Made by a program: the position numbers and the translations under genes
Shown here: in pieces, positions 25,201-38,399 of the stretch
Position numbering within the stretch: position 1 is the first letter of the stretch
Layout of the letters: each line of letters opens with the position of its first letter
Source: Schmidtea polychroa
Lineage: Eukaryota
Assembly (NCBI GenBank): GCA_044892525.1
Contig: CM097888.1
Span: 37,758,001 to 37,822,000 of the forward strand
DNA: 64,000 nucleotides
Reading direction: 5' to 3'
The notes under the pieces: generated by a model
Databases searched by the model: none
What the model was told of the DNA's origin: nothing
The model's input: the letters and a program-made list of their open reading frames with translations, nothing else

Positions 25201-25476
25201 CTTTATCCGTTTTGTCCCACTGGCGAGAATTATATATTATTAGGATAAAAGAAGAAGAAATTAAAGATAGAGACGAAAACAAAAGAAATATGTATTTTCA
25301 GAATTTTTTAAAAATTTAAATAAAATAAAAGCTTAAATTGACCTCTTTATTATAACAATAAAATCAGAATAATTGACAAGACATGATAAAGAAGGAGAAA
25401 GAATGTTATTTAATTAACCTAAAGAATAAGAGGTGTCTTTCGAAATTAAATTTTGAGATCCATGATCAAATGTGCC

Positions 25477-27195
25477 TCATTTACTGTTTGTATGACTTCT
25501 TTCCACATTTTGGTTCGATTTATTAAAACTTGAAGAATTTGAAATGGTTTCCCTGATACTCGAAAGTTTGCCCCTCATCAGAGAATAAACACGTGCCGTA
25601 CAAACAAAACAAAGAGTCAACAAAAAACCTTGAAGACAATTTACCATCGAACCTAAATTTATCAAAATCTTGAGTTGTGTAAATATTGAGATAATTTGCA
25701 ATACATAACCAATGCCAAATACTGCCGTAAGTCTTATACAAAGCCACAAAGTTGAATTCGAGTCTCTCGTCTTTACCATTCTGCATTCTTTAGCAGTTTT
25801 GAATAGTTGATAAAACACAAATCCACATGTGATTAAATTCCACAATAATAACAAACAAACGGGAATGAAATACCATACCAACCCTCCAACCTCACTAGTA
25901 AACCAACAATGCTGTCCTCCATACCTTGGTCTAAGCGTTGAATTAGTCTTATCAAAATATTCAGTTACTACAGAAATTCCCACAACGGAACCAGAAACAC
26001 CAAATACACATATAAAATATATGCAAAATGTCTTCCAACCTTTATTCTTGTTAATGCTTGCTGACTTTGTGCCGAAGGTTTGTAACAGATCCAAGGCGTA
26101 AACAGCCATCCAAACGAAAGTACTCAAAGCAACAAAATGATGGAATATTGCCAAATACTTACACGAGGTTGATTTGACAATTTGAGTGTTGGTTACCAAT
26201 AAACTCATGAAATTGATCAACCAAAGACAAATACTCAAACAAACGGTTAAGTAGCCTCCGAAATTCCTAAAGACCTGATGAGTTAAATATAATATAACCA
26301 AAAAGAGTAAAGATATTAATGATACACAAGTGAAAATAAATGAGATGTGGTAAATAACTGTTTCTCCCATATCTGTCTCAAAGGTAGAATTTGTGTTATT
26401 TGAAACGTTTTTTCCATGATTGAGATTTATTTCTTTAGATTTTTCATTATTATCTTGTTTCTCCCATTTGTTAAAATCTAGTAAATAGCTAAAATGGGAA
26501 TATGGATCATTCCAAAGTTTCATTCTAAGAGAACAATGTTTGTTCCAACATCTACAACAGAAGATATTTTTATATTTTTGAAACCTGTAAACATAGGTTT
26601 TCTTTTCCCCATTTTCGCATTTGTCAATAACAATTTTATTCTGTATTAATTTAGTGTTTGTACAATTTTCAATTATATCTGCTTCACAACTTCTCTGTAA
26701 AGTTCTATTAAAATATGGAAAGATCTGACAGTGCTTTGGATTGTCAATTACTGCTTCATTAGCACTGGCATAGTCATAGATTTCTCTCGGATCGCAGTTG
26801 ACTTTCACTTGCAAATACGTAAAATGAAATTCTTCATTACATTTAGCACAGAATAGATTGCCATAGATAATCTTTATATTCGAAATCACTGGGATCCAGG
26901 ATTTGAGGGGATTTTTTGGATTGAATATATTTCTTTTGCATAAATCAGAGAGAGGATGATTGGGATTATTGCATTTATTAATTATCCACATAGCTGATGG
27001 GAATAACTTGTTGAATGGTTTGCATGACAAAACATTTCTAAGTAATCCTGGCTTACCGTGATCCTGATGGTCATAACAACAATCGCCATATAGATAACAT
27101 TGAGGATCTGAATGACATATTTGATCAATTTGTGAACCAGTGTAACTTGATCTAATTGTTGAGAGAAATATTATTAATATCAATAATAAAATCAT
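25477..27195 (-). CDS. Intronless SMB-like class-B GPCR, copy 4, ~572 aa
   Basis: First in-frame ATG is 27195 (track start 27204 is TTG). Carries CHSDPQCYLYGDCC and a 7TM near-identical to copies 5 and 6. Confidence 0.92.
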   Translation of the reverse strand: MILLLILIIFLSTIRSSYTGSQIDQICHSDPQCYLYGDCCYDHQDHGKPGLLRNVLSCKPFNKLFPSAMWIINKCNNPNHPLSDLCKRNIFNPKNPLKSWIPVISNIKIIYGNLFCAKCNEEFHFTYLQVKVNCDPREIYDYASANEAVIDNPKHCQIFPYFNRTLQRSCEADIIENCTNTKLIQNKIVIDKCENGEKKTYVYRFQKYKNIFCCRCWNKHCSLRMKLWNDPYSHFSYLLDFNKWEKQDNNEKSKEINLNHGKNVSNNTNSTFETDMGETVIYHISFIFTCVSLISLLFLVILYLTHQVFRNFGGYLTVCLSICLWLINFMSLLVTNTQIVKSTSCKYLAIFHHFVALSTFVWMAVYALDLLQTFGTKSASINKNKGWKTFCIYFICVFGVSGSVVGISVVTEYFDKTNSTLRPRYGGQHCWFTSEVGGLVWYFIPVCLLLLWNLITCGFVFYQLFKTAKECRMVKTRDSNSTLWLCIRLTAVFGIGYVLQIISIFTQLKILINLGSMVNCLQGFLLTLCFVCTARVYSLMRGKLSSIRETISNSSSFNKSNQNVERSHTNSK

Positions 27196-29269
27196 AATTA
27201 TCAATTCATTTAAAATAGTGAAAATTTAAATATTTATTTGTTTAAATTGACTGATTGTATTGTGAGGAGAATTAGGATTCAATCATATTTATAACAATAA
27301 TTTTATGAAATTAATGTCGTAATGAAATTTTGTTAATGATATTTTATTATATTTATCAAATAGGACAATCAACCGTTTTATTAGGAAAATAAAACTCGAA
27401 ATTGAATTGGGCTATTTAAACTCATCTTTTACTGTTCATTGCCAAATTTAACTTGTAATCTATTTTAAAGATAAATATAATTATTTAGAATAAATAGAAA
27501 ATAATAGTATCAGTTTAGATAGAAAGAATGAAAATAATGTAGTTTGGCAGATTATAATAAAAATCCAATATATTTATTTATTTCAACATCGTGTATAAAC
27601 ATTATAGAAATCAATATTCATGATGATTCGGGTGATCAAGTAATTACCAAAAGACTCGAAAATTCGATTGCTATTATATTTTGGTAAAATGGAGTAGTAA
27701 TTATGTTGGGTTATTAATTAATTCGTTGGTGTATAACTTCATGTATGACTTCTTTATATCAAGTAAAAGCAAGCCGTATACAATAAGTGTTTTTTTCAAA
27801 TTATATTTAAAATTTGTCAATACAATAATTTATTAATTAGATTTGCACTTTTCTTTGATATATAGTATTGATGGCAGGTAACCCAAAGGGCAACCGTCTT
27901 TTTACAAACTTGACTTGACTTCGCAAAAAACTTCCACTTTAACCTTTCTAAAACTTTTCATTCCCTTTATAGATCTCTCCTTTGAGTCAATCATTTTCCC
28001 CAATAAAATTATCAATTCTCTGGAAGTAACAAAATATAAACTAAATTCAATTATTTTCTTTTATTTTGCCTGAAAATCTTGGGAATTTTTTTTATTAATT
28101 ATATTAATTAATTTATATCAATTGAGAAAATTGGTTTGTATTTTTCAATTAATTTTGTCAATAAACCTCCCTTGGTTTGTAGTTATTATATTCGTATTTG
28201 TCTCATCCTTCGCGATTCGCTCATATCTGTTTTTTAAAAATATTAATTTTTTAATATTTGTAATTTTTAATAATTTTTTGCACTCCAATTTATTTTTGAA
28301 TTTTTTTAATTTTTTATTGTTTTTTGAGCAGTTCTTTGTGCAATTTAACCTTTTTACGAAACCTCAACAATTAGGACATTATATACAGTTTTATAAAATA
28401 AAATACTTTACACAACAAAAATGTACTACCTGATGTAATTCATATTTTATCAAAGGAAATTAATAAAGTGAACAAGAACAAACAAAATATTTAATACTTA
28501 AGAGACTTGAAACAAAATTATTAATAAAATTTCTCGAGGATATGGAATTATATTTTGAAAAACAACTTGAAAATCCCGTGTAAATCAGGCTTTTAGTAAT
28601 TCGTTACCTTTCTCTCTTTTCAAATTGTATATTCACTTTATGTTTGACAGCAAATGACAAATTTCGTTTAGTTCTTCTCTTTTGACAATAACAGTAGGGA
28701 GATGTGAGCTTGCTAGTTCATAATGAGTTCTCTGTCACCCCCTCCAAAAAACTGACCTCGTCAAAATCAAAACCTTTGTTGACCACTATCCTTAAGTTTC
28801 ATGAAAACTTATCTTCAAAACCACGTAAGCCAGCTAGTTTATTATGGCCTATTTAGCCCAATCCTCAAAATATATTTCTTTGGAGCTATTTAAAATTTTT
28901 AGTTTGATAATTTACTGACTTTATTGAGATCAAAACTATTTCAAGATCAAAACTCGTTTTCGATATCATGGTTGGATCACGGTTAAATGGCGATTCTAAT
29001 ATTTTTCCTATCTATCTCAATATAAGATGATGAAGTCTGCATATTCTAAACAAAAATAATATGTATATGTATGCTGTTTTAACGGGGTCGATGTGAGAGT
29101 ATGCAAAGACGGTATCAGAGAAGACAAATTGCATTGGAAAATGAGCGATCTAGCGAATTTGAGAATGGTTTATAGTTGTGAGGCCAAAACATGAGAAGCC
29201 ATTATGAAAATTTCAAATTTTCTTTGGTTTTTTGTAATTTCATTTCAAAGCTATTTGAATACACTTCCA

Positions 29270-29620
29270 CAGATTTCGTTGTGACAAATTCAGGTGAAAG
29301 CTCTCTTTTGGTTTTCTTTTACTGTCCCAACATAGGAAAGTTTCATCTCTTTCAGTTCTTCCACTAAATCCAGGGCAGTGAACCAATTGTCTATTGTTAG
29401 GTTGCTACTAGATTCATGTAATTGTGCTATTTTTCTCTTGATTACATATGTTGGCTTATTGCTGATGTCAAAAAGTATTTCTAACAGTCAATTCGAGATT
29501 TCGATAATTTTGTGGGGCTTATAACACCTAGTAACTACTTCAACAAATTATGAAGAGCAGCGCGATTTTTCTTGTTGGGAATATATTGATAAAATTTACT
29601 GAACTTGTCTCTTCCGAAAA
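29270..29620 (-). mobile_element. piggyBac transposase relic
   Basis: Minus strand gives GR..FYQYIPNK, then NLTIDNWFTALDLVEELKEMKLSYVGTVK, then (frameshift) KRELSPEF; these are piggyBac core motifs. Confidence 0.8.
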
Positions 29621-29643
29621 AATATGAAGAGCCATCTGGGCTG

Positions 29644-29752
29644 TTTTGGATTCAATGACTTTATCAACAACGCCTCACAAATCACACGTTTCGATAATTA
29701 TTAGGAACGTGTGATTTGTGAGGCGTTGTTGTTAAAGTCATAGAATCCAAAA
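29644..29752. repeat. Long fold-back inverted repeat (47-bp arms, 15-nt spacer)
   Basis: Arms 29644-29690 and 29706-29752 differ at only 2 positions. Confidence 0.95.
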
Positions 29753-32289
29753 AATAATGTGCAGAATGCAGTGAATACTTGTATTTTAAATGTTTTTATA
29801 TAATTTCTTTTCTTGTATATTGTATGTATTGATTGTTGTGTTAAATTAAATAATTAATAAAATTTTTTAAATTATTAAATAAAATTTTTTAAATTTTTTA
29901 AAAATAATATATTAATTTAATTATAATTTTTAAAAATAATTAAATGTTTTTATTAAATAAAAAAATTTTAATTAATTAATAAATTTACTTAAAATACTTA
30001 ATTTACATAGTTATTATATCCCACTCGGTGATGACAGGAAAACTATCGAAATATATCGTGAAAAGAATGTTTGATTGGTGTTATCTTATAAATAAGATAT
30101 AATATTTTTTTGTGCTTCTCATTTTTCTAAATCTAAAATATAATCAATTTCTGCCATTTCATTAATTAATTTAATTTTTAATAAAAATATGAATAATATT
30201 AAAATTAATTTACAAAATTCAAAGTGTTCCCGGTGTTAAATAATATAGATATAATTGAAACAATACATTAAAAAGAATTGTTACATCAACAATATCATGT
30301 AGCAAATCACTATCAAAATAAATAAATTTTACAAATGTTATTTTTCCATAATTATTTTTATTGAAATCTATTATCCTAATTACAATAAAAAATATTTTAC
30401 TAATAATTTTAAGTTTAAAACTAAATATTAAAAATAAAAAACTGTGCAGAAAATGTGTTAATCACATAAATAAAAATATACTTTAATTAAGTTAATTTTA
30501 TAATACTGTAGTTTACAAACTTTTTTATACCTTCTCCCTCTTCCATTTTTCATTAAAACCTGTTGTAAAACCCTCAATTTTCGTAAATAATATAATTTCT
30601 TAAACTATTTTTATATTTTAATTTATTTAATAAACTACAAGTCAATATTAAGGTGACCAGATTTTTTAAGTCGAAAGCAATTTATAAAGTATGGAAATGT
30701 TTCGGTTATTATGCGCTTAACAAAATATTTTAAATTAAGTAAAATGTTGTTTCAATATCTTTAGTTTTTATTTGAATGAATTTTCTTTCATTTTTTTTAA
30801 ATATTCCAAAAATCATCACTTGTATACTAACTTTTAACCTTCAGAGTAATGCATATTTTCTGTATCTCGTCATTCTCATTGAAAATCCATATATTCAAAG
30901 CTATCTATCAAAATATAATTCAAGAAGTACATAACACAAGAAACGTAGTACTTAAGGAGCAATTAAAAATTGAGTACAGTCACAACGAAGTACCATACAT
31001 TCGAAATTAGCAGACCTGGTCACTTTTCAAAATACCATAATTACATAAATTTAGCATTTTAGATTTAAAAATATATATTTATTTTAGTGTAATAAAAGTC
31101 TTTAATACATTTAATAAATCATTCAAAAATCCAAAAGGTCAAATGGATGTTTAATACAAAATAATGTTTCAATACGATTGATAGGCTTGTTTTTCAACAG
31201 AAATTTTTTCAAACCGTATTTTCATTAAGAATATTTCTACTCTTCGTTTCTTTCAATCACTAGACGACATCTTTACATTGAAACAGCTAGAGCAAAGGCT
31301 CAGTTTCACATAAGTAAAATTTACAAATGGAAATAACATTTCGAAAGTGTTACTTGTTAAATTAGGAAAGTCATTCTTACCTCATATTCAAAACGTAACA
31401 ATATTATTTTCTTGTTTAAATATCTCCTTTAATGTGTTGATACAAGATAAGCCAATAATCATTACTTGCGCGGCGGTTGGAAGTCTTAAAGAATCACATT
31501 TTCAATCACAAACTGTGGTTTTTTATCTGTGAGGATATTTGTATATAATTATCAACGAGTATTAAAATTAAATTAAATTATTAAACTAAATAATAAATTA
31601 GATTAAAAGATTTTATATAAATAAATATTATAAATAGGGTGGATATTAAGTGTTAATTTGCGCTCTAATATTACATGTGCTCTTTAATAAATAAAAGTGA
31701 GCTATAATATATATTAAAAAATTAATTTAGGATTAAGATTAATAATTTTAAGATTCCGTTTAATTTATTTTTTTAATCTATTTTAGGATCTCATCTAATT
31801 AAAATTGTAGCTCAATTTAAACAACAGCTCTATTAAAATCTAATTATGTGATCTTTTAAATCCTTTTTTAGCACAACTTAAAATTTTTAGAGGACAACCT
31901 AGAACTTTTAGTTTCCAAAATAAATATATTTTAGAGCACAACTAGTATTACCCTTTATAAATAAGAAAAAAAATTAATTTAAATCTAAAATATGTTAATA
32001 TGATGATTCGACTTCTTCAGAAATTTCAGTGATTTCATTAAACATGTTTGAATTGGATAAAATATTTAATTTTTAATATTTAATATTTATAATATTTATA
32101 ATATTTATTTATAATATTTATAATATTTATGTTTTAATATTTTATTATTTTATAAATAATAATATATTTTGTATGATAATTATGATATTGTGACCAGCAC
32201 ATAGCTCTCTTTTTAGTTTTTAGTTTTTATCAATAAATGTGGATTATCTTTTGAAGAGTTTGTACGTTGTATTTCTGAGTGTAAGGTTA

Positions 32290-32450
32290 ACTTTGGATGA
32301 AAGACGTAATGAAGTTTGAAGTCTGAGTATTGGAATCCCGAGAAAAGGTAGTTGTTCTTTTGATTCATCGTTGTCTCTGGTTTTGTATCATGTTGGCTCT
32401 TTGCAAAGCCACTATCCATCAGTTTTTGTTAGTGCTAAAATCATTTATTC
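32290..32450 (-). mobile_element. Possible Penelope-like reverse transcriptase relic
   Basis: Minus strand ESKEQLPFLGIPILR resembles the PLE motif E....LPFLD..I.R; short and decayed. Confidence 0.4.
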
Positions 32451-34101
32451 ATATCATTATCCATATCATTAATTTTACATTTTACAATTTAATAAATCGC
32501 ATATTTTGTAAACATTGTGATATTTTCTCATTTGAAAATGAAAGACTCATACAAAAAAATGTATCGGTTGTTTAAACAAACTGAAAATTTAAAATTTCAG
32601 AAAAAAAATCTTTTTAAATGGATTTTTAAAATTTCCGTGAAAACAATATAATTTTGGATAACTGATACTGCAAAATTATACATCACTATGAAATTAATGG
32701 TTGCCTGAAATATTAATTATCCACAAATCAGACTAAAAATGTATAAATAAATGATGTCAGATTCAAATAAAATACATGAAAAGTTATTTTTAAAATTTTG
32801 CAATTTATACATACATTATCTTTAAAAAAAACTAAAAATAAAGACTTGAAAAATCTTTGCACTTCCTAAGAGATTGCTTCATATCTTTAAGAGAGCGTAA
32901 CCCACAAAATAAGAATCATTGTCCTAGACGAATTGTTATATTATTTACAAACAATCTTTCTTTGACTTTTTACATAAATATAAATTTTAAATATTTTATT
33001 TGTTCACTTTTGATCTATTTTCTAAAAACATTTTCAAAAAATTAATTTTTCAAAAAACTATCATAAAATGGTTAATTACCATTGAGTTTTCAGTAAAGAC
33101 TTCTTGAACTTTGTGTCAATTTCAATATTTTATTTATATTTGATTATTGTATAAATTAATTTCATAATAAAATAAAAATAAAAAAAATATGACATCATTT
33201 ACCGTTGTCCAAACATAATTATTACATGCCTAAAAATAATTTCATTTTCATTTGATATATCCACAGAAAACAAATAATAATTTTGAATCTGTAAATAATC
33301 TATCAAATAATACATTATAGTCATGTATGCATTTAACGACTCACCCTATAGATATATTAATTGCTCATACCTTCAAAGAAGGATTTGAAATAAGTCTGGA
33401 TTAACATGTTTATGGCCATGTGAGCCACAAATGATCTACACCCTTCAAATCGATTGTCTTAAACCTTTGACTTTTTATGGTTTTTGTGATTATTAGCCTT
33501 ATTAGAACCCTAAGATCTTTTAAAAATCATGCTTCAAAAAATAAATTTATTTTAAACCGTATTTTATTGAACAAAAAATATGTGACTCGTTTTTTAAAAA
33601 GTTTACAAAAGCTTTTGGCTCACTAAACAGAAACGGAAGAATTCGCATTGTCGTTAACATTTTAAGAAAATATTTATTTTCTTTGAATTTCGTTATTCAA
33701 ATATTTTTAAGACAAAGAGATTAAAGACCAAGACGAATATTTCTTATAATAAAATTGACTTTTCACGATAATTTTATATAATAAATTGCAATATACTCTT
33801 GATATTCAAAATGGAAAAAAATACAAAAAACAAATTTAAAATTGTGTTGCAATTTTTGATTATATTGAAAATGTAAAAATTTTTAAATTTTGTTAAAAAT
33901 TTTAGAAATCTTTATAAACATTTTTTTTTGAATTTTGACTTAATTTTGAGTATAAAACTTGAAAACAATTTTTATTAATTTAATTTAATCCAAATTTTAA
34001 ACCAGTGAAAAAGCAGAAAATTTATTTAAAGGGAAGATAAAAGAAATAAAAAAAGGATCCTTTCACTAATTACATACTTTGCAGCAAAGACCTGATCTTA
34101 T

Positions 34102-34408
34102 NNNNNNNNNNNNNNNNNNNNNNNNNNNNNNNNNNNNNNNNNNNNNNNNNNNNNNNNNNNNNNNNNNNNNNNNNNNNNNNNNNNNNNNNNNNNNNNNNNN
34201 NNNNNNNNNNNNNNNNNNNNNNNNNNNNNNNNNNNNNNNNNNNNNNNNNNNNNNNNNNNNNNNNNNNNNNNNNNNNNNNNNNNNNNNNNNNNNNNNNNNN
34301 NNNNNNNNNNNNNNNNNNNNNNNNNNNNNNNNNNNNNNNNNNNNNNNNNNNNNNNNNNNNNNNNNNNNNNNNNNNNNNNNNNNNNNNNNNNNNNNNNNNN
34401 NNNNNNNN
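34102..34408. other. Assembly gap (N)
   Basis: N run. Confidence 1.
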
Positions 34409-34588
34409 TAGTAAAAATAAAATATATTTAAATAAAATAAATAATTAATAAAATAAATTAACCATAATTCTGAATCCAAATAGAATTAATTTAGTAAATA
34501 TTCATTTGCATGGAACGTGAAATATTAATTGGTTATTGACTTTAAATAAATAGTAAGGGAGAGTTCTAAAAGTGCGACAGAGGTGATC

Positions 34589-34777
34589 NNNNNNNNNNNN
34601 NNNNNNNNNNNNNNNNNNNNNNNNNNNNNNNNNNNNNNNNNNNNNNNNNNNNNNNNNNNNNNNNNNNNNNNNNNNNNNNNNNNNNNNNNNNNNNNNNNNN
34701 NNNNNNNNNNNNNNNNNNNNNNNNNNNNNNNNNNNNNNNNNNNNNNNNNNNNNNNNNNNNNNNNNNNNNNNNNNNNN
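34589..34777. other. Assembly gap (N)
   Basis: N run. Confidence 1.
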
Positions 34778-35520
34778 CTAAAAAATTGTTAATTTTGAAA
34801 GCTTCTATAATTAGCTCATAAAATCCTTTTATAATAAATAATATCTTAAAATATTTATAAAATATAGTTTCCAATAACTATTTATATACGCAATTTAATA
34901 TATTTAAAAAATTTTCTATTTTGATTTTTATTCCTGATGAAATTTAAAAAGTATATTTGATCAATTTTTCTATATTATTTTAAATTTTAAATTATTATAT
35001 TTTAATTTTTATTTAATTTTTTTAAAAGCTATTCTCAAGGTCAATAATAACAAATCAAACTGATGATTTCATTGATCTTTCCTTTAGTGTTGATTGTTGG
35101 CCATCTGTTTGTGATGAGAATTGCTTCTTTATATATGACATTTTATTGGATGTTTCCATTGGCTAAGATTTCTATTGAAATATTTTTTCTTTAATTCCTT
35201 GGTTGACATTGTGCAATTATTATTTTATTTGTGTTGTTTGCCAGAACTTCTTTCAATTTCTGTTGACCTCAATTTTGTTATCATCATATTAAAAAATAAC
35301 TAATATTGAAATGGGATTTCATTAATAAATTGATTTTAATTTATTCCAAATAATGACTCAAAGGCAAAATAAAATAATAACAAAAACTATGAAATATACA
35401 TAAATATATTCTCAGCAAAATAAATGAAATACGAATAAGGCGCATAATAATACAAAATGTAAAAAGAAACAAAGTAAAGGAGTCTTCTAACAATTAAACA
35501 AAATATTGATATTAATTATT

Positions 35521-37206
35521 TCATTTTTTTAACAGAAGATCCAATACATTCTGTTTATCATTTGAATGACTTCTTTCTGATTTCTGTGTGGATCTATTCG
35601 CACTTGATGACTTGGATATACTTTCCGTAATTATTGACAGTCTGTTCCTTAATTGAGAACGAGCGCGTTTTGTACAAACAAAACAAAGAGTCAACAAAAA
35701 ACCTTGAAGACAATTTACCATCGAACCTAAATTTATCAAAATCTCAAGTTTCGTAAATATTGAGATAATTTGCAATACATAACCAATGCCAAATACTGCC
35801 GTAAGTCTTACACAAAGGCACAAAGTTGAATTGGAGTTTCTCGTCTTTATCATTCTGCATTCTTTAGCAGTTTTGAATAGTTGATAAAACACAAATCCAC
35901 ATGTGATTAAATTCCACAATAATAACAAACAAACGGGAATGAAATACCATACTAACCCTCCAACCTCACTAGTAAACCAACAATGCTGTCCTCCATACCT
36001 TGGTCTAAACGTTGAATTAGTCTTATCAAAATATTCAGTTACTACAGAAATTCCCACAACGGAACCAGAAACACAAAATACACATATAAAATATATGCAA
36101 AATGTCTTCCAACCTTTATTCTTGTTAATGCTTGCTGACTTTGTGCCGAAGGTTTGTAACAGATCCAAGGCGTAAACAGCCATCCAAACGAAAGTACTCA
36201 AAGCAACAAAATGATGGAATATTGCCAAATACTTACACGAGGTTGATTTGACAATTTGAGTGTTGGTTACCAATAAACTCATGAAATTGATCAACCAAAG
36301 ACAAATACTCAAACAAACGGTTAAGTAGCCTCCGAAATTCCTAAACACTCGATTAGTTAAATATAATATAACCAAAAAGAGTAAAGATATTAATGATACA
36401 CAAGTGAAAATAAATGAGATGTGGTAAATAACTGTTTCTCCCATATCTTTCTCAAAGGTAGAATTTGATGTGTAATTATTGTAATTTAGGACAGAGAGTT
36501 CCTCTTCATTCTCTCCATCTTCATCCCACTTATCGTAATTGAATAAGTAACTAAATCCTAATGAGCCCCCTGAATAAAACCTTTTATTTGTCAAGGTAGC
36601 ATTTCTTTCAATGTTAGAACAATTTTTAATATCACAATTATCCAGAACTCTTCTATGATTTTTAAGATTATTTTCATTTGTTCTAATCATACAATTCCTT
36701 TGTAACCCTTTTTCAAAATATGGTAAAACTTTGCACAATTTTGAGATTTGTTTCATCACAGTTTTATTCTCAATTTTATCTTTATCAAACGGAAGAATTA
36801 AACCGCATGCAATTTTCACTTGCAAATACGTAAAATGAATTTCTTCATTACATTTAGCACAGAATAGATTGCCATAGATAATCTTTATATTCGAAATCAC
36901 TGGGATCCAGGATTTGAGATGATTTTTGGGATTAAATATATTTCTTTTGCATAAATCAGAGAGAGGATGATTGGGATTATTGCACTTATTAATTATCCAC
37001 ATAGCTGATGGGAATAACTTGTTGAATGGTTTGCATGACAAAACCTTTCTAAGTAATCCCGGCTTACCGTGATCCGGATGGCCATAACAACAATCGCCAT
37101 ATAGAGAACATTGAGGATCTGAATGACATATTTGATCAATTTGTGAACCAGAGTAACTTGATTTCATTGATGAAAATAAAATTATCCATATTGATAAAGT
37201 ATTCAT
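35521..37206 (-). CDS. Intronless SMB-like class-B GPCR, copy 5, 561 aa
   Basis: ATG start, signal peptide, CHSDPQCSLYGDCC and 7TM; lacks the second YxNxxCCxC module. Confidence 0.92.
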   Translation of the reverse strand: MNTLSIWIILFSSMKSSYSGSQIDQICHSDPQCSLYGDCCYGHPDHGKPGLLRKVLSCKPFNKLFPSAMWIINKCNNPNHPLSDLCKRNIFNPKNHLKSWIPVISNIKIIYGNLFCAKCNEEIHFTYLQVKIACGLILPFDKDKIENKTVMKQISKLCKVLPYFEKGLQRNCMIRTNENNLKNHRRVLDNCDIKNCSNIERNATLTNKRFYSGGSLGFSYLFNYDKWDEDGENEEELSVLNYNNYTSNSTFEKDMGETVIYHISFIFTCVSLISLLFLVILYLTNRVFRNFGGYLTVCLSICLWLINFMSLLVTNTQIVKSTSCKYLAIFHHFVALSTFVWMAVYALDLLQTFGTKSASINKNKGWKTFCIYFICVFCVSGSVVGISVVTEYFDKTNSTFRPRYGGQHCWFTSEVGGLVWYFIPVCLLLLWNLITCGFVFYQLFKTAKECRMIKTRNSNSTLCLCVRLTAVFGIGYVLQIISIFTKLEILINLGSMVNCLQGFLLTLCFVCTKRARSQLRNRLSIITESISKSSSANRSTQKSERSHSNDKQNVLDLLLKK

Positions 37207-37538
37207 TGATCGATTGTGAATTATTTGTGATCTGGGTTCAATTTATTTGTTTAAATTAGCAAGTTGTGTAATGAATTATTTGATAGGCTGATAAAGTTGT
37301 CACAGGATTTGTCTGTTACAGAAAATAGAAATTAAATATGATTTATAGAAATTTATTATGCAAACAGAATGAGATGTGGAACATTAATTAATCTTACTGA
37401 TATCGAAGAATAATAATCTGCGCCGAATTAATTTGATATCCGTTGCGTTTATCTTGAATTTAATTATTCCCTGTTCTCTCATATTACAAATATATTTAAA
37501 CAAAATAACAAAGTTTTGTACAATTACAGTGTATTTCT
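37207..37538. repeat. 5' flank of GPCR copy 5, near-identical to 49549-49880 (5' flank of copy 6)
   Basis: 332-bp colinear match with only a few substitutions. A second, more diverged block matches about 37560-37740 vs 50260-50435. Confidence 0.95.
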
Positions 37539-38399
37539 CTAAATATTATTTCTAAAAAATTTATTCTTTGGTTTTCTCAGATTCTTAGATTCTTATTCAT
37601 ATTTAAATTAGACTACGAAAAGACTTCGCATTGGAAGATCATTGGTCCTATTTGGACATTCACATTTTCAACAATATCAAATCTAAATTCATTGACTGCC
37701 TCGGTGCAGTGATTATTTAAATTGTTTATTAATTTGTATAATGACAACTTATAATGACAATCGGGTGTGCAAATAATGCAAAATTAGAAAATAAATATTA
37801 TTTAATAAGTGTTACATATGGTGGGTTACAGGTAATCCACATCTTACCCTTTCTTAGCCAATCCTGAGTTGCTTAAAAAGAAAATTTGAGTTTATTTTTG
37901 GTTATGACGAGACATTTTTAGATTTCCGTTTGAACTCTAACAGCAAACCTTTGTGTGTTCTTTTTGCTTATGTAAATTCAATGGTAGTTATTAGCTTGTC
38001 AACTATTAATGTTACTTGCATGGGTCAATTTTAATGATAATTCTATGAAATGTTTAGTGCTTATCCTGCTAAATCGAAATCAAGTTTAAATATGGACCAA
38101 TGTGTGAATTCTTGAAGCATTAGAATGTTGAAAATATGCACATGAAATTAATTAAGTTCATAACTATCTTTAAAAAGAACCCCCAATTATTGGACAGATG
38201 AAATATATTTCAAGATCATTTCAAGACAATTTTGCTATAACTAAATGAACTGTCGCCTCTTTCAAACTAAACGGATCGTTTGATAAAGATAACCATCATA
38301 ACTATGAAAGATGACTTTAATTATCATTTGTAAATATTTTGAATTATCAATTGTGACAATTACAATAAACCACACGAACTATGGTTAATCTCGTTTACC

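Noticed and set aside
30649-31027. TAAGGTGACCAG...CTGGTCACTTTT possible hAT MITE
   Set aside because: TIR is only 10/12 and there is no matching 8-bp TSD.
31240-31420. QSLDDIFTLKQLEQ resembling a LINE RT motif
   Set aside because: A single motif with no ordered neighbours.
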